In this document: positions 23,063-37,784 of the stretch, piece by piece
Position numbering within the stretch: position 1 is the first letter of the stretch
Layout of the letters: every line of letters starts with the position of its first letter
Assembly: GCF_001194135.2 (NCBI RefSeq)
Contig: NC_068984.1
Location: 82,483,527-82,547,526, forward strand
Direction of reading: 5' to 3'
Length of the DNA: 64,000 nucleotides
Source: Octopus bimaculoides
Lineage: Eukaryota
Program-made: the position numbers and the translations under genes
The notes under the pieces: model-generated
What the model saw: the letters and a program-made list of their open reading frames with translations, nothing else
What the model was told of the DNA's origin: nothing
Databases searched by the model: none

Positions 23063-26000
23063 ACAAACTTACACCTGCAGATTTACACAAGTACTTACAG
23101 AACATGTCTTGGAAATATTAAATTTAAGATTATAAAAGGATAACATAGTAAACTGGTTTTCAGTAGAGATGAATAAAATGAGTAGTGAGCTGATAGTGTT
23201 GATATAATTGAAAGCCCAAGACCTTTGAAAAAAGTACAGCATGCTACTGTAAAAAAGCAGGAAAACATGTATAATTGATGCATGATGCTTATTTGTTTAG
23301 AGTTCTAAAACTAAAATCCTGCAGTAGGCTTAATTAAGAAAATGTATGAAGTTTGCCATGTAGAATTGCTTCACATGAAGTTTGTGATTAGTCTTCAGAG
23401 ATGTTCTAACAGCATCAGTTCTATAAAAATGAAACCTGAACAATAACAGAAACACTAGCAGCAGAGATACTTGTTGGACATCATTCTCTTATATCCTCAA
23501 AGTTATCCTTCAGCAGCACATATCAAGAAAACATCATTAAACAACAGCATGCAACTGGATATTGGATGCTAAAAATGCAAGGTGTTATTGTCTCTTATGG
23601 TAAGCACACATCCTTAACTTTAGCAAAAAGGCTGAAGTATTTCCAGTAACTACAAACCTATAAATTCCAGGCTAGATCTACCATGAAGTACTGATCCAAT
23701 ATCTCTAAAAATAAATAAATAAATGGCCATCCAACTGACTAGTATAAAAATGCTTTACAGTGGCTCCTTGGAGTTGGCTGGTGATGATCATACCTGTGTT
23801 AAGGCCCTAGATTAACCACTACCCAGAATGTCAGTCCTTTGGAATTCCTTTACATACTAGTATCTACTGTAACCATTGACTTAGAACTATTCAAGAACAT
23901 AATTGTGTTCATCTTCCAGACCAAACCAATGTAAAATATATATCATACTTTTTATCAAAATTTCAAGTTAGTGTTGTGGTAACTTTATGAAAATATATTT
24001 CTCAAGTTAAAAGAGGATCTAACTAGATAAAATATTAAACTTAGTGAAGCAGCTACCCTGGACACTAGTAATGACTGGTAACCAAAGTTGATCGACCAGT
24101 ACTGAGGGCACATCATCTCTTATATTGTGGACTGCTCCCTAAGGAAATAAGCTGCAAAAGGATAATCAGGAAATTGTTTATATACTAAGCAGCTACATAC
24201 ACAAAACAGTAGTCTCAACTCTATCAATCAGCACCTTGAAAGCCACATCATTTAAAAATTAATAAGTAACAAAACAATAGACCACAGAAGGCACTGCTTG
24301 CAAGCAGATTGCTAGATACATGCCTTATAACTTGGGACTCAGCAGATGCTTTGAAGGGGACTTTATGCACCTGTATCACAAGAAATGTAATGCTCACAGT
24401 GGTCATTACCTCTTTATGGTGTCCAGACTATAACATAGATAAGGATATACTTTGATCCTGTAGTAGTCTTGAAAAAGAAGAGATCCACCCATTGGATAAT
24501 GCCCAAGATATGCAATGCCTGATAGAAAAGTCTTGGAGTGTAATAGATGGTAGTTAAGTTAGTTTTAGGTTGCATATAATGAATGCTCAACACTTGTCAC
24601 AATTCTTAATTCAAGACCAACTTATTTGTGTGGTAAAATAAAATTCTGGAAATTGTTCACAACAAAGTTTACACTCTGGAAAAACAATTATGTAGCTCTT
24701 GCAAAAGGCTCTATAATTAAACTGCCATGGTGAGAAAATATACATACTGGGTTCATGTCAGCAAACTGTAGCTGCATGTCTAGGTTGAGTGAGAGTTATA
24801 ATAATGACTGTTAAAAGCAGCAAAATGAATGCTATTTCCTTATGGAGGGAAGTTGTTGGTTGGCTGGAAACAAGGTGCAAGAGCATGGAACGTGTTCCTT
24901 CTGTGTGCACTCAAAGTATGCAGATAAACTTCCACTTCGGACTTTTGCCATTCTTGTGGTGGTGGTGGAGTTCTGATGAACAGGAAATGGTGGTCACAGG
25001 AAAAGATAAAAAATTCTGGCTGTTAGTGAATTGGAAGAAAAGGATTCTCTTGACATTGCTGAGCAGATTTAACTAATTTGAGGAAAATGAAAGGTAAGCT
25101 CTTAGTCAATGGAAGTCATTGTCATTGCGGTAAGAAAAACATGTAGGCTTCTTGCACCTCTGACTTGACTTGATTTCTTGGACAGGCTGTTACTATACAA
25201 ATTTTTGGATAGTGGCTGAAAATTTATGCAGTAAAGAAAACTGGTTTTCAACAATTCCAGTTAGACATTCTTGAATGGAATAGCAGTAAAACTGATTTGT
25301 CTAGGTTACCAGGACTGTACATAGCTATTGTTACTGGTATATAGAAATGGTTTACAACTCTGGTCACCAATTACTCATGATTGCTGGTTGTTGGCTTCAA
25401 TGGGTGCCCAGTACTTAATATATCTACATGTTTGCTTTGTTGTAGGACACCAGTTGTCATTATGTGTAATAGATGGGATGGTTGTGGCTGTAGTGCTTTT
25501 GATCATAGGTCTGCTGTGGCAGAGCTGACCTGGGCTAAACAACAGATCTCTTCTGCTAGGCCAATGTCTAGAAATAGGAGCCAAACTTCTTCAAATCCCA
25601 TCCTACCATCTTGATAAAAAGATGTCTTGAAACATGCAGTCCTTAATATACAAAAGGATGAAATGGGATGATGAGTACTGCACTGTTTTTCCAATGAAGA
25701 TTGCAAACTCAAGAACAATGGAAAGATGTCTACCTTTTCATCTATGACAGCATGTAAAAAAAATAATCAAATAAGTATAGTTGCACATCCTACAAGAAAT
25801 AGCAGCCAAATCTTCAAATGATATCTAATTATATTGGTTAGTTCAGTTTTTAAATCCACTTGTACCTCAGCTTTTTGGGGTTTTGTGGTTGGTTTCTAAA
25901 TCTGATTCCAGCAATTTACTTAAAAGGTCTGGATTTGATAACTATATTAGCAGGTTTATGTTGTAAATTCCCATGTTTTTGGGTTATGTTGATCAGAGTA

Positions 26001-27068
26001 TGTGAGTAATAATTTCATCTACTCAGAATATACTGTAGTTAGATGTCATAGCCTGTGAGAAAGTCTCTCTCTCTCTGGGTACAGATTAAAGTTGTATAAA
26101 ATAGTTCAATTATGACAGCAATAGAAACTTTACTTTTTAGTGAACAGTGGTGTGACCGAGTTCATGTAATATGTTGGCTTCATTTCACTTATATTATTAA
26201 TGAACTTCACTGGTAATATATGTATATGTTCTCTTTATACGGAGTGTAAAAAAACAATATTTTATGGTTTTGTCACGATAAGAGATACTACTGATTGCAG
26301 ATAGTCAGGTAGAAAATATAGAGAGTAGATATTTTCCAGCCTTATTTCCTTTCAGTGTGAAATAATAATACTTTCTACTATAGGTACAAGGCCTGAAATT
26401 TTAGGGGAATGGGACCTGATCAGCAGAATACAAAACGTGGAAGTGCAAAATGCTCCAGTTTGGTCAGACAAACTGAGATTAGGCAAGATGGTCAGACAAT
26501 CATGGATGGGAGCTATCTGGGCATTCACCACTTCAGATATCCTTTCAAGAAAGATTCCCCTCAGCTTTTCTTGGTAAGGCAGGCCATTCTGCTCATCTCA
26601 TCCCTGTTCTGGCGATCTGGACCAAACCAGACCCTTAGCAATTTCATTAGTCTATCTGTAAAAAATGGTTTCAAATTTTTACACAAGGCCCAGTAATTTT
26701 GAGGGGAGGTGTGAGTTGATTACATTAATCCAGTGCTCAACTGATACTTTATTTAATTGACTCCAGAAGGATGAAAAGTAAAGTTGACGGTGGGATTTGA
26801 GCTCAGAACATAAAGAGCTGGAAGAAATGCCATTAAGCATTTTGTCTGACATACAAATGATTCTAAAGCAGGTTTCTTTCTGACTTGACAAAAAGACATG
26901 TCTTAGTGCAAGTGTTAATATGTAATTTTGTGATACTTGTACCTTTTGCAAAAGCAACAAAAGTAAAGTGAACTAACATCAACTAAGAATTGGAACCAAT
27001 TCATCAAGAGTTTTACCTTTTACTCTCAGGTGCTCTTACCAAAGAAATAATTCATCAGTTTCCTTCAG

Positions 27069-27099
<31 letters not shown>

Positions 27100-28751
27100 G
27101 CAAATCAATCCTAATTTTAGAGGTCACCAACTGTAATTACTTTTGGTAAGTAATTATGTTAACTATAGAAACAGGGCTGTTGGTGTTCCAAATGTGTTAA
27201 TTTCAACCGTTGGTATTAAATGTTAAGTCATTTGATACATTACCTTGGCTGAAGGTATTTTAAACATGTGCTAAAACAGTCTGCTCATAATAAATTCTTA
27301 CATTCATTCTTTTCACATTGATAGAAGTATATTGCTGCTCTGTATATCACTTCTGTGATATTTCGCCATCTCTCTCAACAGCACTAACATACAGGATGGA
27401 TGGTCAAGACAACATTTTTACTGGATGGCCAGCTGAGAGATAAAGTACTTCAAAATAACTTAGCTATAAATAGGTTCTGCAGGATAGGAACACCACTTAC
27501 TGCTGAAAGCAGTAGCAGCTCTGTAAAATTGTGTGTTGAGTCTAGTCTCACATATGAAATATAGTTTTGAGAGGAATGTGCTGATTTATTTCAGTTTCCA
27601 TAAGAGGTAGTCAACTAGGTGGGAATTCTTATGCACTCAACATGCCAAACCACTTTCACCATTAATCCCTATTCATAAACATGATCAGCTTTACTAAATC
27701 TAATATTGCATCTGGCTAGATGCCTGTTAACTTGTGAAATGTTATGTATGGCTTTGACCTAGCTCTGACACAACGTCTTTCTAGCCTTAAAGAAGGAGCG
27801 GTTAAAAGTATATGTGGTCTTCTCAAAACATGCTCAATTAGCATTATTTCACATAAAATGCAGCTCAAAGGTGTTTGGCATTTATCTCTTCTACTAATGT
27901 TTTTGTTAATATCCAAACCTAGCTCACTACTATAGAAGGGTTTGGTTGCAAGATTTGGAACAGTAACTTTATAATTTTAACACTTAACCAAGTAAAATAA
28001 AGTTTGTTTAGGAATAACTATACAACCCAAAAGGTTATGATGTTCGCCATGAAACTTTCAGCTAAACCCATTAAGGGCTTTTTCAAATTCTAGACTTAAT
28101 GACATCTGATGATATTTCATGATAACTGCACATGCATATTTCAAGCTGCAGTTTAGTACAAATTGGGTACCTTTTAGGAGATCATAGAATGCCTCATCTC
28201 TGAACAACTGCTGATCACATAAGATGCAAATTTGCCTAACACTGCTCATGCTTCCAATGGTTCACATCCAAGACACCAACACAAGATTTAATAGGTAAGC
28301 AACAACTGTAATATGGATGGTAGAGGTATACTCTTAGCAGAGAAGTGGGTAAATAGAATGAATGGGATAGCCAAGATCCTACAAGTTTGAAATTTATGTG
28401 ATAGTATTTGTGATGATTTATTCTGGAGCATAAGCTGGTCCTGAAGTCACTGGGAAATCTATTTGGAAAATTGTTGGACTGTAATTGCATGAGCAGAACT
28501 ATAAAAAAAAAAAAAAAATGGTTTTGCTGGGAACATCCTGCTTTTTCAGAGAATGCATATCGCATAACATTAGTGTGGGTTTTTATATATATATATATAA
28601 GTTTGACATGGGCAATTCTTTCTTGTCCTGGGATTCATGGTCAAATGACTGGGTGGAATTGCACGAAAATCTATACATATGTAGAACGATCCAGTGGTGA
28701 TGCTGGGCTTTGTATTTTTTTTTTTCATAGCTTCCATGGTTACCGAAATAA

Positions 28752-29690
28752 TCTACTATAATCATAATCTTGTGTTTATGAATGATAAAAGAAGGGGCGA
28801 AACATAAATAAGGAAGGATGGGGTGATATCATACTTGATAGTGGGATGAAAATTGTACGCTGAAAAAATAAATGAAACAGCGTTTAAAATGTGTGAATGT
28901 AAAAGGAGGGATATGTGATTGCGTGTGCGAATGCAATGGAAGTGGGATGGTTGGGGTATGTGTTTGTGTGTGCGCAATGGAAGTGTGATGGTTAACATTC
29001 AACGCTGAAAAGAATAATCAAACAGCATTTCAACTGTGTATTTGGGATGTTTCACTTGAGTAAAATCTGTTCTCTATAAAGGTACATGCCTGTTTTTTGT
29101 TGATATAATTTCTTTGGTAATTCTCGACCAAATTTTATTTAGTGTCATTATTATTAAATTTATGCATTTCTAATCAATTTAGAGATATTTGCTATCGAGT
29201 TGCAGATTTTTTACAATGCATTTGGTGATTATTTGCTTTGTTTCTTGGGCAAAATCTACAACTTACAATAAAAAAATTAAATTATTTCATTTAAAAATTG
29301 ATTAGCTTTGTTTTTAGTGATGACTCGAAATGGCAAATATTTTTTCTAACTGTATTTGCTTGAAAAAAGATACTTTTCTTTATATTTAGCAATTCTTTAT
29401 AATTACTTTTACGATGTGCCTAAATAAAAACCATCATTATAGATCAGCATTTCTCAACCTTTTTCACAATTCAGCTCGCCATGTATCTGAGATAGACCAC
29501 CCAACCCATGAAAAATCTGACAAAGGGGTGGGGGGGAGTTAGGAAATTTTCATACAGCTGGAGGCTCCAATCGAAACAAGGGACCCGAAATGACATGGTT
29601 GAGAAACGCTATTATAGATTATGCCTAACCGAAAACGATTACAACCACATCATTTAAAACAGACTGGGTGAAACCAGGCTTAGCTACTAG
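28752..29690 (+). mobile_element. Non-autonomous Helitron-like element
   Basis: A|TCtactata 5' end; 3' end has a short hairpin (ctgg-gtgaaa-ccag) ~10 nt before CTAG|T. This matches the Helitron A/T target rule with no TSD. Confidence 0.5.
29445..29611. mobile_element. hAT-type MITE, 167 bp, with 8-bp TSD
   Basis: TIRs cagcatttctcaacc / ggttgagaaacgcta. Exact TSD ttatagat at 29437-29444 and 29612-29619. Confidence 0.88.
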
Positions 29691-31419
29691 TATATGTATA
29701 TAAAGGTGGCATAGTAAACTTCTGAAACAATGAAAGACTCAAACACTTATGAAAATAGAAAACACACATTATGAAAAATATTTCAATTTAAATTATATTT
29801 TAAAGACTCCAATTACTGTGTTTTTGGACAGATGTAGTTACAGATGCCATTTGAAGCAACTGCAATAAAAATTCTTAGCTAAAACAAACCTGTTTACATT
29901 CATCAATTTAGACAAGGATAGCAACTCGTACATTGGTAGTGTCCTAGATGTTTATATAGTCAGAATGCCTGAAGGTGAAGGAAACAAGTTTCAACATCTA
30001 ACATATGGCCTTGCTCAATATACAGGAATTAATAGGAATTTGATACTATGACTCCTACATATAAGCAGGCATAAATATGCATTTAATTTTAATTAGGAAC
30101 TAAGATCAGATGTTCTAAATGTAAAGGCACCAATGAAATAAGATTAAGAAACTTCCTATAAGTCTGACTACTCAAACTTAGATATTACCTGATATGACTA
30201 TAGCATGCAAAAATGGACAGAGTGACAGTCAGAGAACTATTAGTTCATTTGGTAAGAAAACATTTCTTTCTTGAACTTCATAAACAGTTTGGTGTGGTGA
30301 GATAAGCAATGGATGTAGATCTGTAGCAGGAGAGAAATTAGCCAGTTAGGAACCATCGGTTGAGTAATATTAGTTTGCATAACCAACAGTTGTATTCCTT
30401 TCTATTAGCAGTCTCAGGAAGTCCTATAAAAATGTTGGTGCTTCCTTCCCCCTCTAAGCTATTCATTAAAGAAAAGAAGTTACACTTCACTTTCTGAAGT
30501 ATACAATATAACAAAAAAATATCCATTCCAAATAACTGATTTTAACAGATGCATCCATCTGGCATTGGAGATAAAAAAAAAGCTGGAATGTCAACTGCTA
30601 AAATATATTGTTTTAGGGAACAAATAAATGAACAGCTACAAAGAATTCAAGTGTGCATCGATATTCAACTTGTGAACATTATCAATATATTTACTTTAGT
30701 AAGGGTACTTCAAAATAATTCTAATTTTGATACAAGGCCAGTAATCTTAAGAGGAGCGGGCTAGACAATTATATCTATCCCAGCACTTGACTAGTACTTT
30801 ATTTTATCAGCCCTGAAAGGATGAAAGTCAACCTCAAAAATTTGAACATGGAAATGCAAAGAACTGAAAGAAAAGTTGTCAAGCAAATAATAATATAATG
30901 GCTTCAAATTTTGGTACAAGGCCAGCAATTTCAGGAGAGTGGCGATAATTATATCAATTGATACTTACTTTTTCGACCCTGAAAAGATGAAAAGTAAAGT
31001 GAGTCAACCTTGGCAAATTTTGCATTTTATCTAATGTGCTAACTGACCTGTTAGCTCACCACCAGTGATAACAACATGGTTTTAAATTTTAGAACAAAGC
31101 TAGTAATTTTTTGGGAGGTGAGGATTGATTACACTGACTCCAGTATTGGACTGGTATTTTATTTTATCAACCCTGAAGTACAATTCTGACTAGTGTATAA
31201 TTGGGATATTGTAACCCTTTTGCAACCATACTTCAAACAAGAATACATTCTACTTTTGTTTACATTTTCAAAATAGCAAAGAATTAAAAGGTTTAGTGAA
31301 ATAAATAGAAGAAAAGACATGGAAATCACTATTTTACATTGACAATGATATTTAAGTTTGAATTTAAATTTCAACACTTTAATAGCAGCATGTTGGTTCC
31401 AGGAGTTAACATAAACACT

Positions 31420-31690
31420 AGTTTTTTTTCCATAACATATTTGCCCTTGGAACAGTTGATTATACTGCAAGACCAGTCATTAAATATGACACCTTGTATG
31501 ACGTGGCTGACCAACTTGAAATCTATTTTGCCAGATATTTTCAGCATCTTATTAACTATACCAGATCGACCAGTTGCTTTCCTCAACTTCATATCCTTGG
31601 TCATTTCAACCATATAACTATTCTGATACTCCTGGCTCTGAACACCTGTGTACCTTTCAGCTTCTCTCCATGCTAAGTACACTTGTCATC
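31420..31690 (-). mobile_element. RTE-clade LINE reverse-transcriptase N-terminal fragment, degenerate
   Basis: LRKATGRSGIVNKMLKISG...NDWSCSIINCSKGK resembles the K.AG.SGI..EMLK..G...DW..S.I...YKGK pre-RT motif. Confidence 0.65.
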
Positions 31691-32377
31691 TAGAAATAGT
31701 GTTCTGCTTCATTGCCCACTTTCTTCCATTCCTCATTATCCAGTCATCTTTCCAGAACCTACGATAAAGCCTTTACAATATAGTGGTTACCTGAATTGAC
31801 ATAAGTCAAAGCTAGCAGTCATTCTCCTATTTCAGAATTCTTCCAATTTATTCAATATCTGGCTTAACTGAATATGGTTTAATGAGGATTCTTTGTGAGT
31901 GTACATTATATATATATATATAATAAACAAAGTCGAATGGACCATGACAGTTCACATGCCACAAATGTTTCAATAGCTTGGTAATTTATTAGCAATAAGG
32001 ATATTATGTAGGTAAAAGTCACCAGCTATTTCTTTGGACATTTTAGAACCATTGGAAAAAAAATAGTCTTCCCAAAACTTCAATTTTGAGAAAAACCTCA
32101 GAAGAGAACACATTGAACCCATCAATCTTCATCTATTATAGTTCTTCACCGCATGGCATGTAGCTAATGTTGATGTGCAGAATATTTGAGAACATTGAAC
32201 AATTGAAATTGCATTAATCTTATGATCTGATGATAAAAAAGGGATATTAATTTATTGGGTGTCCCAGCAATGTACACCGATAGCTAATATGATCAGTAAA
32301 ATTCAAGCCAAATGATAACTTTGTTCTATATCAGTTTTCCATGCTAACAGGGGTTAGACATTATTATTAAGTAGACA

Positions 32378-33380
32378 CTCAACAGCCACTGAATGGAGGG
32401 CTGGGCATGCTGTGGTTGCTGATGTGCAGACATATGCTGAGGTTGCAGCATCTCCAGCACTTCCTTGACAGTGAGCAGTTGTGGTCACTGTAAGGGGCTT
32501 TTCTGCAGCTCGTCTCTTTCACTGAGCTGCAATCCTGGATTAGGCATAGACCGAGGAGGAGCGCTTGGCACCTCAAGTTCTGTCAAGTGCTCACAGCCTT
32601 CCGCCAGGTGGGCAATGCGATCGGTGGTAGTTCCAATCTAGTGTTCTATAGAGGGCTAGTGGAGGGCAAGTGCAACAACGTTCTTGGAGAAACTCTGGGC
32701 ATTGATAAAGATCAACTGACTGGTCTGTTTCGGAGAACTTTCAGGCCTGGGCCTATAGATAGTTTCCAGAAATGCCTTGCTTGGCAGTGCTATTGAGGGG
32801 CGCTGAAACTTTAAAGGCATGGAAGTGCCATCTACCAGGCCTGCCCAAGGTGCGGCCAGAACGATGAAAGTGTCCTACATGCCCTAGTCCAGTGTCTGAG
32901 TATTGCTGACCTGTGAGTTTATGTTGAACACCTGCTGCCCCACCACCCTCTTTTGGCCTGGAGGGGCAGGCAATTTTTGTTTCGTGGCTGTAGCGAAAGA
33001 GGTAGTATGGTGGACCCGTTTGAAAGGGCTAAAGACAGACACTTTCCACTTTAGCCAAGCTCTCATCAAGGGTAAAGGGGGAAGTGTTGCCTTGTAGCAA
33101 GTTTGTTGAAAGGTGGGTGAATGTTGGAAGAATGGCCAGTGTGAAAGGACCAATTCTGAACGTGCACCTGTAAAATAAAGGATTCTTGCCCTGTTGTTCA
33201 GGCACCTGTGGCTTTTGTGGGTTTTTCCATAAGGACCCTTAAAATGCACCCCCTATTGGGAGTTTTTAATTTGTTCAATTTTTATTATTATATTGTGTAC
33301 ATGCAAAAACCTATTGTATCGTCCTGTTTTTGTCTGATGTAGTTGTATGTCGTGAGCCCTTGTAGCTAATAAAAGAATTA
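32378..33380 (+). mobile_element. 5'-truncated Tx1/L1-clade LINE (ORF2 C-terminus and 3' UTR) with 15-bp TSD
   Basis: QPLNGGLGM.WL..CRH.LRLQHL, a CPRCGQNDESVLHALVQC zinc finger, and AATAAA at 33368. TSD attattaagtRgaca at 32363-32377 and 33381-33395 (14/15 match). Confidence 0.85.
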
Positions 33381-34251
33381 ATTATTAAGTGGACAACCAT
33401 ACTATAAGTTATTCTGGCTTGATTTTCATTAGTAGTAATTAATGGTTTCATTCCGCATAACTTTATATGTATTTTCTTTTTATTACTTCCAATTTTTTTC
33501 CTGTAAGCCTGCATTTTGTGTTACATTTAAAAATTTTCACTTGATATGGAAAGAATCTTTTTATGTCATGTTAACATTTGCCTGAATACCAAAGCTAACA
33601 GACAACTTATTGACAGAAAAATAAACAACTGTCACTATTTCGGCAAATTTTCATGCTAAATGGAAACATTTACAGACATATGTACCTGGGGAAGTAATAA
33701 AACATTTGCCCAAGTGGGACTGAACCCCCAAATCATACAGTGGAGAAGCATACTCCTCACCATTGTTATCTGCACTGTTTCTATTAACCAAATAGAACAC
33801 TGAACTAGAAGACACCCTGGGCCAGACAACAGATTAAGTTTGCTACCAATTGTTTTTTTTTAAATTTCTGTCTTAACCATTCACCCACTCAAAATAAGAA
33901 TATTTTTATTTGAGCGTTTCTGCTTTTGTTTAGCAAAAGACACTCATCTTACACCGATCTGGTTCAACTGCACCATAGTCATAAAGCTTATTGTTAAATT
34001 CTTGAATAACAACTAAGAGTAAATTGAGCTGAGCCAAGGCATTCAGTGAATGCTGTAAATAGATAAAAGTACACATTACAAACGAATAGTTGATAGTTAA
34101 AGTGACAAAGAGATCAGCTTTATAACCTAACAGCATTATAAATACAAAAACCTTGGATATAGTGAACTGAAACCATTACATTGACAATTAAAAAGCAGGC
34201 TATAATAAATAGAATGCAAACACCTGAAAAGAGTTAAATCAAATAATCAAA

Positions 34252-34257
34252 TTTATT
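34252..34257 (-). terminator. Candidate DNAJB polyadenylation signal
   Basis: AATAAA on the minus strand ~285 nt past the stop, followed by a U-rich tract. A second candidate lies at 33905-33910. Confidence 0.45.
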
Positions 34258-34541
34258 TACAGTTTCCCCAATGTATTTACAAGTTTCTTTAGGATGCATA
34301 GCATCAACAGTAAGTTGTCTTCCAGTAATATTGCAGTCGGCAGAAATTACTTGTATCTGATGATTGGTTGATATCAGTGGACAACAACTGCCATATAAAC
34401 TGGAAGGCAACAAATGTTTCGATTATTGGTTTTTCTGTCCTCTATTTCAGAAAGATCACATAGCAAAGGACTGTTTTTACAGCCATAAGACTGGCTGTCA
34501 AGCCCTACATCCCATCCCAAAGCCATTTTTACAACAAACCT

Positions 34542-34772
34542 TCAAGGTGGTAAACATTCCATCAAAGTTTGTTTAGCATAAGCACTTAGGCTATCAGGGA
34601 ATTTGACATCAAATTCAACAATTAAGTCCCCTCTGCGCATTGGTTGTTTAGCTAAAGGTAGTCCTTCACCCTGTATTCGTTTCGTTGTTGAAGGTTTGAT
34701 GATTTCTGTGAGACGGAAAGGGATTGTTCGATTACTGATGGTTGGAATTTGAATAGTGGTACCACAAAGAGC
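34542..34772 (-). CDS. DNAJB4: DNAJB coding exon 2 (ALCGTTIQIPTISNRTIPFRLTEIIKPSTTKRIQGEGLPLAKQPMRRGDLIVEFDVKFPDSLSAYAKQTLMECLPP*); absent from the ORF track
   Basis: ttttttAG acceptor, 231 nt phase 0, TGA stop. Carries the GEGLP/RGDL/F.V.FP motifs of Hsp40 CTD II and the dimerisation tail. The SLRE|ALCG junction is the one known from vertebrate DNAJB genes. Total protein 342 aa. Confidence 0.96.
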   Translation of the reverse strand, partial: ALCGTTIQIPTISNRTIPFRLTEIIKPSTTKRIQGEGLPLAKQPMRRGDLIVEFDVKFPDSLSAYAKQTLMECLPP

Positions 34773-34997
34773 CTAAAAAAATTTTTAAAAAGAGTTATTA
34801 GATTATCTCAAAGTAATATTCACAAAAAAATCTAAACATTGGTTTTTAAAAGGTCAACATTTCAAAATTATTCAAAATAAAATGCAACCAAAGAAATAGT
34901 GTGTGTACACACAAATGCACTAAAAGAATGTGTTACAAATCTACATTCCCCAATATTTTTGTGCACTAACATTACCAATACTCACATATGTGTGTGT

Positions 34998-35061
<64 letters not shown>

Positions 35062-35099
35062 AAGAGAGAAAGAGAGAGAGAGAGAGAGAAAGAGAAAGA
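34998..35099. repeat. (GA)n microsatellite with GAAA interruptions
   Basis: Direct inspection. It produces the spurious RERERE ORFs. Confidence 0.95.
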
Positions 35100-35699
35100 A
35101 AAAGTGTATGCAAGCACGCACACACACATTTCTATATGTATACATACACACTGTTTAATATTCACTTTTCTATGCAAGCATGTGTCAGATGGAATTTCCA
35201 ACCAGATGCCCTTTCTGTCACCAACCCTCACCAGTTTCAAAGTAAGATGTATATGAAAAAAAGGCAAGAATGTTAGCACTGAGTAGAATGCCTCACAATA
35301 TGTATTTAAAATTTTGCCAAGGTCAACTTTGCCCTTCAGGGCTGATAAAGTAACAGCCCAGAGCAGAATAATTAGAGCAGGCAGGATGCCATGTATTATC
35401 TGTACCAGCTCTGTGCATCCCAAGTTTAAATCCTGCCTCTTCAACAGGAAAACAGTGACACTTCTGTAAGTTGTGATCAGATAGTATTAAGAATTTGGAA
35501 AACCAAAAGAAATAATTTCCTTTGTTCAGTTGGAAGATGACTGCCACCACCACCACCAAAATTGGGTATAAGGAAACTGCATGAAAACTCATTGGATGAT
35601 TGTACCGGTAATTGCCACATCTGGCCTGTGGGACTTTTCAGCCACTGACACACTACTGTGGTAAATGAATTGCTGAAAATCAGAAATTCTGACCAAGGA

Positions 35700-36140
35700 A
35701 TGTAGCTATGTGGTTAAGAAATTTATTTTCCAACAATATGGTTGGGTTCAGTAACATTGTGTGACACATTGGGCAAGTATCTTAAGCTCCCAAGTCACTG
35801 GCTTTGTGCTCTCAAGGATATGTGAAACACAAGGCCCTTTTTTGAAAAACCATCATCTGAACGTGGCCAATGCCAGTACTCCCCAACTTCCATGTCAGTG
35901 GCATGTAAAAAGCACTATCCGAACCTGATCGATGCCAGGTATGCCCGACTGGCTCCTGAGCTGATGGCACAGAAAAAGCACCCACAACACTCTCGGAGTG
36001 GTTGGCATTAGGAAAAGCATCCAGCTGTAGAAGCATTGCCAGATCAGATTGGAGCCTGGTGCAGCCACTGGCTCCCCAGACCTCAGTCAAACCATCCAAC
36101 CCATGCCAGCATGGAAAACAGATAGTAAACGATGATGATG
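35700..36140 (+). mobile_element. SINE with degenerate tRNA-like head and RTE-associated tail ending gatgatgatg
   Basis: Same tail as 8067-8270 and ~53820-53865. Head related to 42780-42872. Confidence 0.7.
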
Positions 36141-37557
36141 AAATAAGGGTTAGTATGAAAATGAACATAAAAACAATATACATGCACATGCACACACAAG
36201 CATCATCTTGATATCCACTTTTCGATGCTTGCATTAAGAAAGTTGGAATTTGTTGACAGCTTCATTTTTCCTGTCTCTGACCCTCACTTGTTTCCAAGCA
36301 AGGTAAAATGGGCTCATTGCTTAGAAATGAACACAATCACTTAAATGATGCTAATTCTCATTGACAACTATTACATGATGTCAAGACAAAACACACATCT
36401 CTGTGTATGATGAGCGACTTTCAGTTTCTGTCTATCAAATCTACTCAAGGATTTGGCTATATAAAATAACAAAGATACCATGTAGAACTGAACCTGAAAC
36501 TACATGGTTGGAAAGCAAATTTCCATAACTATAGAGCAATACCGATAACTAAAAAGTGATCTTCCCAAGATTTGCACAGAAATTTGAAACAAATACTGCA
36601 TGACATCCTGCCCAATACTAACAATTCTGCCAACTTGTTACCTGTGTGTATGCGCACACACATATACAAGAGGAATTTACTACATCTGTAAAATGAAAGA
36701 GGTGGTAAGCACAAAATGTGATCATAATTCAATAGCAAGCCAATAAGCATCACCATGCTTGTTTGTTGTAGATTGGTTTGTCCATGCTAGAATAGCTTGG
36801 ACGAATACATATTCAGTAATTGTTTTACAGCTGAATGCCTTTTTGTCCACTAATGCTTGCTTACCTGTAGAGGATTTTTTTTATTCTACATATTTGAAAG
36901 TGCAGAGCAAGTGAATGATTTATTGACAATGTCAAACTACATACACGGTGCATGGGACCTTGGGCAAGTGTCTTCTGTTATAGCCCTAGGTTATGGGAAT
37001 AGTTTTGATGAATAGAAACTAAAGAAGCCTGTTGTGCATGTGTGTCCTTGTCTTAACATCACAAAACAAATATGTATGCACGCATACAAGCAGTTCTCGT
37101 TTTCACAGTAATTTATGAGGACACAACTTCACAAGAATTTTTTATTTTTTTACATATGGGGTTGGGGGGAAATGGGATCATTTGAAGTGGGCGTGAAAGC
37201 GAAAGAGACAGAGAGCGCGCGATTGTATGAAGATAGTTCTTTTGAAGTTGGCGTGAAGCAGAAGAATTGATGTGCGTGTGTGTGTGTTTGATGGGGTGTG
37301 CGAGACAAAGTGTGGTGTGTATGTGAATTGCTTTTGTTAGTGTTTGTGAAGAGAGAGTGAGTAATGTTGCTTGTGTGTGTGTATGTGAGAGAGAGAAAGA
37401 AAAAAAGAGATAAATTTTTTTATTCACTTTTTGTAGTGAGTGATTGACAGAGAACAAGAGAGTGAGAGATAGGTTATGTATGTATGTATGAATGAATGAA
37501 TGGCTTCAGTGACACACACGCACGCAGGTTGTTATGTATGTATACATAGATGTGTAT

Positions 37558-37593
<36 letters not shown>

Positions 37594-37718
37594 TCTATAT
37601 ATGTGTGTGTGCGTCACTGAAGCCATACATACATACATACATAACCTCTCGCTCTCTTTTTCTGTCAATCACACTCACACCCCATCAAACACACACACAC
37701 ACACACGAAATATGAATA

Positions 37719-37784
37719 TTCCCATGTCAGGAATGAAACCCTGGTCACCTGGGCGAAAGCCAAGAACCCTGAACACTAAATCGT

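Noticed and set aside
23400-25600. Stretch with coding-like composition downstream of CAD
   Set aside because: No frame or motif that I could recognise; probably old repeat debris. A translated search would be needed to reopen it.
27068-27099. Long A run as another micro retro-insertion
   Set aside because: No flanking target-site duplication found.
34899-35444. RERERE/SLSLSL ORFs, and similar Y/I/H/T-rich ORFs at 37113-37867 and 52916-53517
   Set aside because: Translations of microsatellites.
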